Shown here in pieces: positions 38,342 to 47,856 of a DNA stretch of 64,000 bases; the first letter of the stretch is position 1, and every line of letters begins with the position of its first letter. The position numbers were made by a program, and so were the translations under genes. Origin of the DNA: Clostridia bacterium (GTDB taxonomy: Bacteria; Bacillota; Clostridia; Oscillospirales; CAG-382); contig JAFYPA010000075.1 of NCBI GenBank assembly GCA_017560085.1, forward strand, positions 86 through 64,085. Direction: 5' to 3'. Below the pieces are notes generated by a model. That model did not search any database, was not told the origin of the DNA, and was given only the letters and a program-made list of their open reading frames with translations.

Positions 38342-39106
38342 ATGTATAAGGACACGATTGTTGCAAGGCAAATTATTCTCGTAAAGCGGGACAGTCTATG
38401 CCCGGGGCAGGCATATATCCCGAGAAAGCCGCGCGACCATCACGCACTTGCATATATTACCGAGGGCAGACTCCGCTACATACGGAACGGCACTGCGGTA
38501 GAGCTTAACACAAACGAGATTATATTCATTCAGGCGGGATGCCTTGACTATTCGGAATGCATCGGAAATACTCCCGTTTCATACATCACGGTGGATTTCA
38601 CCGCAGACAGCGACTCATACGACTGGCCGATACGGTATTCCGGCGGAATGAGCAGCAGAAATCTTTGCGAGATATTCGGGCGTATACTTGAATGCTACAC
38701 TCTCCGAGCCGACGGCTGGGAAATGGATTCCATAGAGCTGTTGTACTCCATACTGAACAATCTGCGACGCTTTGAGTCGGGAAAAGCATATCAGTACCGA
38801 CGAATTCTTCCCGCACTTGAGATACTTGACAAGCAGCTGGCGGACACGACACTTTCGGCATCTGTTCTTGCCGATGCATGCGATATGAGTGTCGGCAGTC
38901 TTAACCGCATTATCCATTCGCTGTACGGTTGCAGTACCTCAAGCTTGCTACAGACAAGGCGGATAGAGCATGCTTGTTATCTTTTGAATAATTCGACCAG
39001 CAGTATTACGGATATTGCCGTGTGGTGCGGGTTTGCGGATATTTATACCTTCAGTCATGCATTTAAGCGGGCTATGGGGTGTGCGCCGTCGGAGTGGTGC
39101 AGGTGA
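38342..39106 (+). CDS. AraC family transcriptional regulator
   Basis: 254 aa with HTH region ...LADACDMSVGSLNRIIHSLYG..., GFADIYTFSHAFKRAMGCAPSEW. Confidence 0.85.
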   Translation: MYKDTIVARQIILVKRDSLCPGQAYIPRKPRDHHALAYITEGRLRYIRNGTAVELNTNEIIFIQAGCLDYSECIGNTPVSYITVDFTADSDSYDWPIRYSGGMSSRNLCEIFGRILECYTLRADGWEMDSIELLYSILNNLRRFESGKAYQYRRILPALEILDKQLADTTLSASVLADACDMSVGSLNRIIHSLYGCSTSSLLQTRRIEHACYLLNNSTSSITDIAVWCGFADIYTFSHAFKRAMGCAPSEWCR

Positions 39107-39155
39107 AAGGTCGGATTTGTGATTTAAAATCACAAAATAAACAAGATGCTGTGTG

Positions 39156-39184
39156 TTGACAACCTCACACTACAATGCTATAAT
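39156..39184 (+). promoter_or_regulatory. consensus extended -10 sigmaA-type promoter
   Basis: TTGACA, a 17-nt spacer ending in TGC, then TATAAT. It lies 39 nt upstream of the FAD-oxidoreductase ATG. Confidence 0.6.
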
Positions 39185-39222
39185 AAAACAAAACCTCCCA
39201 CAAGAAAGTCGAGGACTCAAAT

Positions 39223-40533
39223 ATGAAAAAATACGATGTAATAGTAACAGGCGCAGGCTTTGCAGGAGTGAGTGCTGCAATCGCCGCCGCAAGAAGCGGT
39301 CTTAAGGTGCTGATTGCCGATAAGGGCAACTGCCTCGGCGGTACCTGTACGCAGGGACTTGTGACTCCTTTTATGTCAACGACTACGGTTATTGACGGCA
39401 AAAAGGTGTCCTTCGCTTACGGCATTTTCCGTGAAATCGTAGCGGAGCTTGTCAAGTACGAGGAGAAAAATCTTATAGAAAGATACGGAGAAGAAAAGGT
39501 CTCAAAATTTGAGGATATTTATACAAGCGACTATCTTATAGACGACGAATACCTGAAATTCCTCCTCAACCGTATGATGCAGGAAAACGGCATTGACGTG
39601 CTGTTTCATTCCTTCCTCTCCGGTGCGGGTGTGAACGGCTCAAAAATCGAATTTCTTACCTTTACCACAAAATCGGGAAGCGTGGAAATATCCGCCGATT
39701 ATTTTATAGATGCCTCCGGTGATGCCGACCTTGCTTATCTTGCGGGATGTCCCTATGAGGTAGGCCGTGCGGGTGACGGACTCTGTCAGCCTATGTCGCT
39801 CGGCTTCAGAGTGGGCAACGTTGACGTTAAGAAATTTACTGAAAATGTGACGGGCAGCGAGCTTAATGTAAAGTTCAACGAGCTTCGTGAAAAGGGCGAA
39901 ATCACCATTCCCAACAACAGCGTCCAGATTTTCAAAAACTGTGCAAAGGATACGGTGCATTTCAATTCCACAAGAGTTATAAAATGCAATCCCCTTGATG
40001 TTTTCGAGCTGTCCAAGGCAGAGACAACAGCCCGTGCGCAGGTTTATGAGCTTCACGAATTTATGAAAAAGCACATAGCGGGCTTTGAAAACAGCAGAGT
40101 CATCAAAACGGCAACGGCTATCGGCATAAGGGAAAGCCGCAGAATCGTAGGTGAGCACATACTCACGGGTGAGGAGCTTGTTGCCTGCACGAAGTTTGAC
40201 GATGCAATCTGTGCGGCAAATTACGATATAGACATACACAATCCCGACGGTGCGGGCGTAAGCCACCACTATTTCAAGGCGGGCGAATACTACACCGTAC
40301 CCTACAGAAGCCTTGTCCCCATGGGAATAGACAACCTTGCCGTTGCGGGAAGATGCATCTCCACCACCCACGAAGCGCAGGCATCCATCAGAATTATCCC
40401 GATAGTTTCCTGCCTCGGAGAAGCGGCAGGTACAGCTGTCGGAATTGCAAGCAAGAGCGGAATCGCAATGCGTGATGTGGACATTTCGGCTCTGCAGGAT
40501 AAGCTTTTGAAGAGCGGTGCGATACTTAAATAA
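39223..40533 (+). CDS. FAD-dependent oxidoreductase (FAD_oxidored family)
   Basis: MKKYDVIVTGAGFAGVSAAIAAARSG dinucleotide fold; 436 aa. Confidence 0.8.
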   Translation: MKKYDVIVTGAGFAGVSAAIAAARSGLKVLIADKGNCLGGTCTQGLVTPFMSTTTVIDGKKVSFAYGIFREIVAELVKYEEKNLIERYGEEKVSKFEDIYTSDYLIDDEYLKFLLNRMMQENGIDVLFHSFLSGAGVNGSKIEFLTFTTKSGSVEISADYFIDASGDADLAYLAGCPYEVGRAGDGLCQPMSLGFRVGNVDVKKFTENVTGSELNVKFNELREKGEITIPNNSVQIFKNCAKDTVHFNSTRVIKCNPLDVFELSKAETTARAQVYELHEFMKKHIAGFENSRVIKTATAIGIRESRRIVGEHILTGEELVACTKFDDAICAANYDIDIHNPDGAGVSHHYFKAGEYYTVPYRSLVPMGIDNLAVAGRCISTTHEAQASIRIIPIVSCLGEAAGTAVGIASKSGIAMRDVDISALQDKLLKSGAILK

Positions 40534-40554
40534 TTGATTTGTACGGAGATAAAA

Positions 40555-41199
40555 ATGAGTAAAACCAAATTAAAGGTAGTAGCCTTCGGCGACAGCCTGA
40601 CACAGGGAAACGCCATAGGTGGAGCATTCGAAAACTGGACGGAGCTTGTTGCCTCCGAGCTTGGAATAGATGTAATAAATGCGGGCATCGGCGGTAACAC
40701 AACCGTGATGGCAAGAGAGCGATTCCGTGCGGATGTTCTCGACAAAGCTCCGGATGTGGTTCTGATAAATTTCGGAATGAACGACCACCTTCTGAACAAT
40801 GAAGGCGAGAGCTTTGTGGCTCTTTCGGTTTTTGAGGAGAATCTTGTTTATTTCGTAGACGAGATAAGAAAAATCAACGCAACTCCCGTGCTTGTGACGC
40901 CCAATTATTTTATTGAGGGCAACGACACCGAATACTATTATTCAAGGCATCCGAGAAAAGTATATGAGCCTTACGGCGGTGCTTTGGGGCGGCTGGATAT
41001 TTACATTGACAAGATTCGCAAGGTTGCGAAGAGGATGGATGCCGGGCTTGTTGATATCAGAAGCGAATGTGAGAAGTATGACCCGTATGAATTTTTGAGG
41101 ACGGTGGAGAATAGCGGGGCTAATGATGGGGTGCATCCGGGGATGATTGGGGTGCGGGTTTATGCGGAGAAATTGGTTGAGTTTTTGAAGATGATTTGA
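40555..41199 (+). CDS. SGNH/GDSL hydrolase family protein
   Basis: VVAFGDSLTQGN block I, GGNT, FGMND, and DGVHP block V. I place the start at MSKTK (40555). Confidence 0.85.
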   Translation: MSKTKLKVVAFGDSLTQGNAIGGAFENWTELVASELGIDVINAGIGGNTTVMARERFRADVLDKAPDVVLINFGMNDHLLNNEGESFVALSVFEENLVYFVDEIRKINATPVLVTPNYFIEGNDTEYYYSRHPRKVYEPYGGALGRLDIYIDKIRKVAKRMDAGLVDIRSECEKYDPYEFLRTVENSGANDGVHPGMIGVRVYAEKLVEFLKMI

Positions 41200-41281
41200 T
41201 GATTGACGGAAGGCTTGCTGCAAAATTCAGTGTTTGTTCGAAAGATGAGAAAACACAAGATAAAACAAAGGGAGCATATAT

Positions 41282-43393
41282 ATGAAAATTGATAAAGGCA
41301 GTTTTATAAATGATTTTATAGACAAAAATTTGAGACAATATTCCATACCGGTTTATCAACGTAATTACGAATGGTCTGCAGAACAGTGCGAAAAGCTTTT
41401 TGAAGATATCCTCCAGGCTCACGAGCTTGATAGATATCACTTTACCGGTTCTGTTGTTTATTCATTGCTTGAAACAAAAAACAAGATTGATTACTATGTG
41501 ATTATCGACGGACAGCAGAGACTGACAACCATTTACATACTTATAAAAGCTCTTATCGATGTGGCTGAAACGGACGGCGAAAAAGAAGTCCTTACATCGG
41601 TGCTGTTTAATGAAGATAAGTTTAAAAAATATGATATAGATGAGTCCAGCAAATTAAAGCTCAAGCCTATAAAAAGTGATAATATACAACTGCTGTATTT
41701 GATGGAAAATAAAGTTGATAAAATGGATAAATCAAGCGGTATATATAAGAACTACGACCTTTTTTGCCGTTTAATCAGAAATGCTTTGAATGAAGATGAA
41801 AGTCTAAGCATTGAAAAAATATATGATGGTATAGAGCATCTTTCGTGCGCGATGATAAAACTTGAGGAAGAAGAAAAGGGAAAAGAACAGGAAATTTTTG
41901 AGAGAATTAATTCTACAGGTGTCCCCCTGAATCTTGCCGATAAAATTCGAAACTTCGTTCTTATGACGGATGTTGACCAGGAACGTTTGTATGAGGATTA
42001 TTGGCTTGTTATGGAACAGATGCTTGACAATGAATATTTGCCGTATTTCTTTCTTGATTTTTTACACTTTAAGCTTGATGGATTTGTCCGTGAAAAAGAA
42101 GCATACGACGAATTTAAAGTGCTATACCGAAACAAAAAGTATTCTAATGAGCAAATGCTGTCGGAATTGCTTCATTATGCTAAGCAATATAACATCTTTC
42201 TTAAAGGTGACGAAACACTTGGAAAAGATGTTAATGATGCGCTAGATGGTCTTCGTAAGTTAAAGCAATCGACTGTTTATTTGTTTTTGTTCAATGTGTT
42301 CGATGATTACGAAAACGGGGTGATTGGAAAAGAAGAACTGGCAAAAGTTCTTCATTTACTTCTGAATTACAGCATTCGCAGACTTGTTTGTGAAGTTAGC
42401 TCGAACTCCTTGAGAGGATTATACAAAACTCTTCACAAGCGTGTGTTTGCAAAACAGGAAAACAAACTGCATTATTACGATGCAATTGTGTCGTTCTTAG
42501 GGGATTTGACATCGAGAGATGCCATACCGACAGATGATGTTTTTGCTTTTGCTTTGAAAGAGAAAAATCTTTATAGAAAAAATGCTCTTTGTAAATATCT
42601 TCTTGTTGCGGTCGAAAATCAAGGAAAAGAAAAAGTCGATACCGTGACTTTGAGTATCGAACATATTATGCCACAGAATAAAAACCTTTCAAAATCGTGG
42701 CAGGCTATGTTAGGTGATAAGTGGGAACAGGTACACGATAAGTATTTACATACACTTGGCAATCTGACGCTTACCGCTTATAATTCGGAATTGGGAGATA
42801 AGCCTTTTGATATTAAAAAGAATATGCTTGAAAATCCTGAAACACCAACTCATATTACCATTCTTTACAAGGATGTATTGGATAAAGAAGATTGGAACGA
42901 GAAAACAATCACGGACAGGGCGGACAGGTTGATTAAAATTATTTTTAAGTTATTCCCGATAGCGGAAGCTACTGAGAAAATTGATTTTTCCGACCCCAGA
43001 TATCAAGAATATACAGTTGTAGACCCGAGTAATGCAACATACAAGTATGTCAATTATTATGAATTACTTGGTGAAAGAGTTGTTGTTGACAGCTTTGCGG
43101 CTATGGTTCGTTCCGTTTCGGAAAAGTTGTATGATTTGGATAATTCTGTTATAACAAGAATGGCAAAAAACAACGAGCCGTTTCCGGATTGGTTGAATCC
43201 TGTATTTTCATACGATAAAGAGGTTGTTAAGAGTGATTTTGAGCTCAAGAAGGGGACGGGAATCTATATTAGTTCCGGATATTCTGCTTTTGACTGTATT
43301 TGCTTTATCAGAGCGTTATTGAAATTGTATGACATTGACATTCAAGAAGAATTTGTATACAGCGCTCGTTCATATAAAAATGCTGACCAATAA
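41282..43393 (+). CDS. DUF262/DUF1524 (GmrSD-like) nuclease, putative type IV restriction/defence protein
   Basis: N-terminal IPVYQRNYEWSAEQCEKLFEDI and DGQQRLTT (DUF262/ParB-like). C-terminal IEHIMPQN...LHTLGNLTLTAYNSELGDKPF (His-Me/DUF1524). The gene is visibly AT-rich. Confidence 0.8.
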   Translation: MKIDKGSFINDFIDKNLRQYSIPVYQRNYEWSAEQCEKLFEDILQAHELDRYHFTGSVVYSLLETKNKIDYYVIIDGQQRLTTIYILIKALIDVAETDGEKEVLTSVLFNEDKFKKYDIDESSKLKLKPIKSDNIQLLYLMENKVDKMDKSSGIYKNYDLFCRLIRNALNEDESLSIEKIYDGIEHLSCAMIKLEEEEKGKEQEIFERINSTGVPLNLADKIRNFVLMTDVDQERLYEDYWLVMEQMLDNEYLPYFFLDFLHFKLDGFVREKEAYDEFKVLYRNKKYSNEQMLSELLHYAKQYNIFLKGDETLGKDVNDALDGLRKLKQSTVYLFLFNVFDDYENGVIGKEELAKVLHLLLNYSIRRLVCEVSSNSLRGLYKTLHKRVFAKQENKLHYYDAIVSFLGDLTSRDAIPTDDVFAFALKEKNLYRKNALCKYLLVAVENQGKEKVDTVTLSIEHIMPQNKNLSKSWQAMLGDKWEQVHDKYLHTLGNLTLTAYNSELGDKPFDIKKNMLENPETPTHITILYKDVLDKEDWNEKTITDRADRLIKIIFKLFPIAEATEKIDFSDPRYQEYTVVDPSNATYKYVNYYELLGERVVVDSFAAMVRSVSEKLYDLDNSVITRMAKNNEPFPDWLNPVFSYDKEVVKSDFELKKGTGIYISSGYSAFDCICFIRALLKLYDIDIQEEFVYSARSYKNADQ

Positions 43394-43450
43394 TAGCAGA
43401 GCCCCTACCTTTCGCAAATATAATAAAAATTGGAAAGTGAGTAGGATTGT

Positions 43451-43837
43451 GTGAATAAAAAATACGAAACTGAAGCTCGTGAACGCTACGGTAATACTGT
43501 AGCCTATAGAGAACACACCCAAAAAACCAAAACCTACACAAAAGAAAAGTGGTCAGAAATAAACGAATCCCTAATGTCCATCTTCGCCGATTTCGCCACA
43601 TGCAAGGCCAACGGTCTGACCGCAACATCCCCCGAATCCCAATCCCTCGTTGCAAAACTCCAAAACCACATTACTGCCAATTACTACACCTGCACGCCCG
43701 AAATCCTCGCAGGCCTCGGCAAAATGTATGTCTGCGACGAGAGATTCAAAAATAACATCGACAAATACGGCAACGGAACCGCCGAGTTTGCCTCGAAAGC
43801 AATCGCCGAGTTCTGCCGGGAGAAAGAAAATGATTGA
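43451..43837 (+). CDS. TipAS-like antibiotic-recognition domain protein (no MerR HTH)
   Basis: 128 aa: EARERYGNT.AY.E...W..I. The pattern is typical of the TipAS domain. GTG start. Confidence 0.6.
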   Translation: MNKKYETEARERYGNTVAYREHTQKTKTYTKEKWSEINESLMSIFADFATCKANGLTATSPESQSLVAKLQNHITANYYTCTPEILAGLGKMYVCDERFKNNIDKYGNGTAEFASKAIAEFCREKEND

Positions 43838-44642
43838 TTACGGACTGAAAAATAAAGTCGCCATTATTACCGGCGCAAATAACCCGTGGGGTATCGGTGC
43901 CGCTACGGCACTTGCTTTTGCACGCGAGGGCGCAAAGGTCGTTCCGGTGTATAAGAAGGTGGACAGACCTTTTGACCCAACCAAAACCGACCGAAACGGT
44001 GTTGACAGATATTACGGTGCGAATGCCGGTGACGCTTCTGCCGTTGAAGCGAAGCTCAAGGAAACAGGCGCCGATTATCTCATAATCGAGAGCGACATCT
44101 CAGACGAGGACGCCGTGAAGGACATCTACACACAGATCTCCGAAAGATTCGGCAAGGTGGATATTCTTGTGAACAATGCGGCGACCGATGACGAAAACGG
44201 CTTTGATACCATCGAAAAAATCACGAAGAAGGTCATTGACGATACCTTTGCTGTCAATGTTCGCGGCAGTATTCTGATGATGCGCGAGTTTATCAACCGC
44301 CGTGGCGATTTCGGAAGGATTATCAACATTTCCACCGATGCGGCGCAGGTATTCGCAGGTCAGATTACCTACGGCGCAAGCAAGGCTACCCTTGAAGCAT
44401 TGACTCGCAGTATTGCCCTTGAGGTCGCGCAGTACGGCATCACCGTGAATTGCATCGCCCCCGGACCGACACAAACCGGCTGGATTGACGAGGACTTTGA
44501 GAAGGTGGTTGTACCGCTTATTCCTATGGGCAAGCTTATTCAGCCCGAGGATATTGCCGAAGCTGTTCTGTTCCTTTCAAGCGAGCAGGCGAGAATGATA
44601 ACGGGGCAGGTTGTTAAGGTTTCGGGTGGGAAAGGACTTTGA
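43830..44642 (+). CDS. short-chain dehydrogenase/reductase (SDR)
   Basis: VAIITGANNPWGIGAATA, NNAA, YGASKA and PGPTQTG. I place the start at MIDYG (43830), overlapping the TipAS stop. The track ORF start at 43650 is an out-of-context extension. Confidence 0.88.
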   Translation: MIDYGLKNKVAIITGANNPWGIGAATALAFAREGAKVVPVYKKVDRPFDPTKTDRNGVDRYYGANAGDASAVEAKLKETGADYLIIESDISDEDAVKDIYTQISERFGKVDILVNNAATDDENGFDTIEKITKKVIDDTFAVNVRGSILMMREFINRRGDFGRIINISTDAAQVFAGQITYGASKATLEALTRSIALEVAQYGITVNCIAPGPTQTGWIDEDFEKVVVPLIPMGKLIQPEDIAEAVLFLSSEQARMITGQVVKVSGGKGL

Positions 44643-44824
44643 TTTATAACGAGGCAAGCATTTGCTTCGGCAATTGGAAAGCTTACCGTAAACTGACAGG
44701 CTTACGGTAACTTTCTGCGTAATGCACTATGAATAGTATGCTCGTCGAACGACGGGACGATTATTATCTTTTTCGGTGTCTTCACTTATGTGCAGGTGCT
44801 AATCTATAAAAGGGGGAAACGGAT

Positions 44825-46147
44825 GTGTTTTCCAAAATTAAGCTATCGCTCGGCAAAATCAATTATAAGCTTTTTCTAGCACTTATAGTTCTTGGACTCG
44901 TACCGACGATTTACACGACCGTCAGAGTGTTCTTCCTTGGGCAGTTACCCGGAGAGTGGTCGTTCTCAATTGCAGGTCAGCTCTCGTGGGTGAATCTGCT
45001 GTACGAGATTACGAATGAGGCAATCATTCTTCCGCTGTTCTATTTTATAGGTAAGGTGAAGAACGATAAAAATGAATTCTCAAACCGTGTGAGAACGGGA
45101 ATGCTTATTTCATTCGGCGTATATGCTGTTCTTTCTGCTGTGGTACTGATTTTTGCAGAGCCGTTGCTCAAGCTTATGGCGACCGATGCGAGTATTATTG
45201 AAGCATCATCAGGCTACATACGTATTGAGAGCATTGCAAATGTTTTCTCGATACTTACACAGTTCGCACTCGTTGCGCTTGTTACTGTCAATAAGAGCAA
45301 GTACCTGTATGCGCTCACGGGAGCAAAGCTTGTGCTTTGCCTTGTATCTGATACCTTCCTTGTTTCCACTTTGCCTGTGTCGGCAAATCTTGGCGTTAAC
45401 GGTATCGGTTATTCCAACATCATCGTCAATGTATTGTTACTTGCAGTATCTCTCGTTCTTCTTGCAAAGGAAGGCATCAAGGTGCTTGGCAAGTCAAAGC
45501 TCAACTTTGTCTGGACGAAGGAATTTGTCACGGTTGGCGGGATTTCGGGTGTGGAATCACTCGTGCGTAACATTGCATATATGGTGATGATTGCGAGAAT
45601 GGTAAATGTGGTCGGAGAGCAGGGAACATATTGGGTTGCGAACAATTTCATCTGGGGCTGGCTTCTTCTGCCCGTGCTTCAGCTTGGTGAGTTAATCAAG
45701 CAAGAGATCGCAGCCGATAAGGAAAATATCCGTCGCAGCTCGCTTGGGTATTTTGGCATTACGGCAATCATCTCGATACTGTGGTTTGTAAGTATTCCCG
45801 CGTGGAAACCGTTTATGACCTATGTACTTGGATTTACGGATGTAGATAAGCTGTTCAACCTCGTTCTGATTCTCATTGGCTTTTATGTGCTGTATGCTGT
45901 TCAGAATGTGTTTGACTCCACCTTCTACGGGCTTGGCAAAACAAAATATATGCTGTTCGAGTCGGTGGTGACGAATACGATATATTACGGTGTTGCATAC
46001 ATTCTTTACATAACGAATGTGTGGACTCCTACACTTACGGGCATTGCGTTACTGTTCGGAATTGGAAATGCATTTGATAGTGTTGTGTCGCTTGTGGCAT
46101 ATGTGTATTTGCTTAAGAAAGAGAAAATCAATATTCTTAAAGTTTAA
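44825..46147 (+). CDS. polytopic membrane transporter, MATE/MOP superfamily (tentative)
   Basis: 440 aa with about 12 hydrophobic segments. GTG start behind an AGGGGGAA RBS. The family call rests on size and topology only. Confidence 0.5.
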   Translation: MFSKIKLSLGKINYKLFLALIVLGLVPTIYTTVRVFFLGQLPGEWSFSIAGQLSWVNLLYEITNEAIILPLFYFIGKVKNDKNEFSNRVRTGMLISFGVYAVLSAVVLIFAEPLLKLMATDASIIEASSGYIRIESIANVFSILTQFALVALVTVNKSKYLYALTGAKLVLCLVSDTFLVSTLPVSANLGVNGIGYSNIIVNVLLLAVSLVLLAKEGIKVLGKSKLNFVWTKEFVTVGGISGVESLVRNIAYMVMIARMVNVVGEQGTYWVANNFIWGWLLLPVLQLGELIKQEIAADKENIRRSSLGYFGITAIISILWFVSIPAWKPFMTYVLGFTDVDKLFNLVLILIGFYVLYAVQNVFDSTFYGLGKTKYMLFESVVTNTIYYGVAYILYITNVWTPTLTGIALLFGIGNAFDSVVSLVAYVYLLKKEKINILKV

Positions 46148-46185
46148 AACTCGATTTCGTGCTGACAACCTATATAAAATCCCAC

Positions 46186-46214
46186 TTGCATTCTCCCCCA
46201 ATCAATGCTATAAT
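46186..46214 (+). promoter_or_regulatory. sigmaA-type extended -10 promoter
   Basis: TTGCAT, a 17-nt spacer ending in TGC, then TATAAT. The string CAATGCTATAATAAA is shared with the promoter at 39156. Confidence 0.5.
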
Positions 46215-46245
46215 AAATCATCACCCCACCATCAAAGGAGCATCT

Positions 46246-47283
46246 ATGCTAACCTACACATACAAATCCAAAGGCATCTTCGCCTTAACCGAAAAGCCCA
46301 AACCCACAATCCTCCACGAGCGCGACGCCATAGTAAAAGTAACCCTCGCCAGCATCTGCTCAAGCGACCTGCACATCAAACACGGCAGTGTTCCGAGAGC
46401 CGCCCGGGGAATTACGGTCGGCCACGAAATGGTCGGCATCGTGGAAGAAATCGGCTCTGCCGTTACAAATGTAAAGGTCGGCGACCGAGTTACGGTCAAT
46501 GTTGAAACCTTCTGCGGTGAATGCTTTTTCTGCAAGAAAGGCTATGTGAATAACTGCACCGACAAAAACGGCGGCTGGGCACTCGGTTGCCGCATAGACG
46601 GCGGTCAGGCGGAGTATGTCCGTGTGCCATTTGCGGATTGCGGGCTTAATAAAATCCCCGATAACGTATCCGACAGACAGGCGCTTCTCGTGGGCGATGT
46701 TCTCGCTACGGGATTCTGGGCGGCAAGAATTTCCGAAATCACGGAGAACGACACCGTTCTCATTATCGGCGCAGGTCCCACGGGAATTTGTACGCTCCTT
46801 TGTACGATGCTGAAAAATCCCAAGCGCATAATTGTGTGTGAAAAGGACGAAAACCGCCTGAGATTCGTGAGCGAGCATTATCCCGATGTCCTGACGGTAG
46901 AACCTCACGAATGCCTTGATTTTGTCCTCCGAAACAGCGACCACGGCGGTGCTGATGTGGTGCTTGAGGTCGCAGGAGCGGAAAACACCTTCGAGCTCGC
47001 ATGGAAATGCGCCCGCCCGAATGCGATTGTGACCGTGGTTGCACTTTACGACAAAGCTCAGACTCTGCCTCTGCCGGATATGTACGGCAAGAACTTGACC
47101 TTCAAGACAGGCGGAGTTGACGGATGCGACTGCGAGGAGACCTTGAGGCTCATTGCCGAGGGCAAGCTTGATACAGAGCCGCTCATTACGCATACTTTCC
47201 CGCTCTCCGAGATTGAGAAGGGGTATGAGGTGTTTGAGAATAAGTCGGATGGGGTTATTAAGGTTGCGGTGGAGTGTTGTTGA
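46246..47283 (+). CDS. zinc-dependent alcohol dehydrogenase family protein
   Basis: ICSSDLH, GHEMVGIVEEIG, structural-zinc CGECFFCKKGYVNNC, and GAGPTG. I place the start at MLTYTYK behind AAAGGAG. Confidence 0.88.
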   Translation: MLTYTYKSKGIFALTEKPKPTILHERDAIVKVTLASICSSDLHIKHGSVPRAARGITVGHEMVGIVEEIGSAVTNVKVGDRVTVNVETFCGECFFCKKGYVNNCTDKNGGWALGCRIDGGQAEYVRVPFADCGLNKIPDNVSDRQALLVGDVLATGFWAARISEITENDTVLIIGAGPTGICTLLCTMLKNPKRIIVCEKDENRLRFVSEHYPDVLTVEPHECLDFVLRNSDHGGADVVLEVAGAENTFELAWKCARPNAIVTVVALYDKAQTLPLPDMYGKNLTFKTGGVDGCDCEETLRLIAEGKLDTEPLITHTFPLSEIEKGYEVFENKSDGVIKVAVECC

Positions 47284-47387
47284 AGGCCTGACATAAATGG
47301 GGGAAGGTAAAGTGTTTGATTTAGTTAAATAAAACATATTAAAGTTTATTTTATGTTATTTTGATTTGAATAATTGCATAGAGACAT

Positions 47388-47427
47388 CCGACAGGGTAAC
47401 AAAAGAAACCTTGTCGGTGTTTTTTTA
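47388..47427 (+). terminator. intrinsic terminator after adh
   Basis: Stem CCGACAGGG / CCTTGTCGG, followed by TGTTTTTTT. Confidence 0.6.
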
Positions 47428-47615
47428 TGCTTTTTGAAGCGTTCTGACCTCATAGCTTTTTAAGTTACAATGTCTGCTTTGATTTTATAATAACTTGGTC
47501 TTGCTAAAATTTGTTGTTTTATGAATTGAAAAATTCAAAGTCCATATTATGCATACTCCTACTGTCCCACGCATATAAATGAACCAGAAAGCAAAAAGAA
47601 AGGAAAGGTAATTAC

Positions 47616-47777
47616 ATGTTAAACGGAATGTATACGAACGACGTAACAAAAACGGAAAGAGACCGCTTCGTAAGTGAGCTAAAGCTTTTTGTCAACCGTC
47701 GTCTTTTCGATAAGCACATAATATCCGAGGATATGTACATTGCGGCAAAGGAGCTTCTCATGAAGCGTGCCGACTGA
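47616..47777 (+). CDS. 53-aa hypothetical protein immediately upstream of the recombinase (below the ORF-track cutoff)
   Basis: Hand translation gives MLNGMYTNDVTKTERDRFVSELKLFVNRRLFDKHIISEDMYIAAKELLMKRAD. AAAGGAAAGG RBS. Confidence 0.45.
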   Translation: MLNGMYTNDVTKTERDRFVSELKLFVNRRLFDKHIISEDMYIAAKELLMKRAD

Positions 47778-47792
47778 TTTTTAAGGTGCATG

Positions 47793-47820
47793 GTGTGCTG
47801 CTTCGGCGGCACACTTTTTT
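47793..47820 (+). terminator. strong intrinsic terminator between the small ORF and the recombinase gene
   Basis: 9-bp stem GTGTGCTGC / GCGGCACAC (one G-U pair) with a TTCG loop, followed by six T. Confidence 0.65.
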
Positions 47821-47856
47821 ATAAATTCAGGCGTAAAATAAAAAGGAGAAAACAAA

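Noticed and set aside
44643-44824. Riboswitch in the 180-nt leader of the MATE-like transporter
   Set aside because: It contains a 9-bp hairpin (TTACCGTAA...TTACGGTAA), but I could not match the region to the conserved core of any riboswitch class I know.
47480-47615. SigmaE or sigmaK promoter upstream of the small ORF and recombinase
   Set aside because: CATACTCC and CATATAAAT resemble the -10 elements CATACAnT and CATAnnnTA, but each has mismatches at key positions. No suitably spaced -35 element is present. The evidence is too weak to call.
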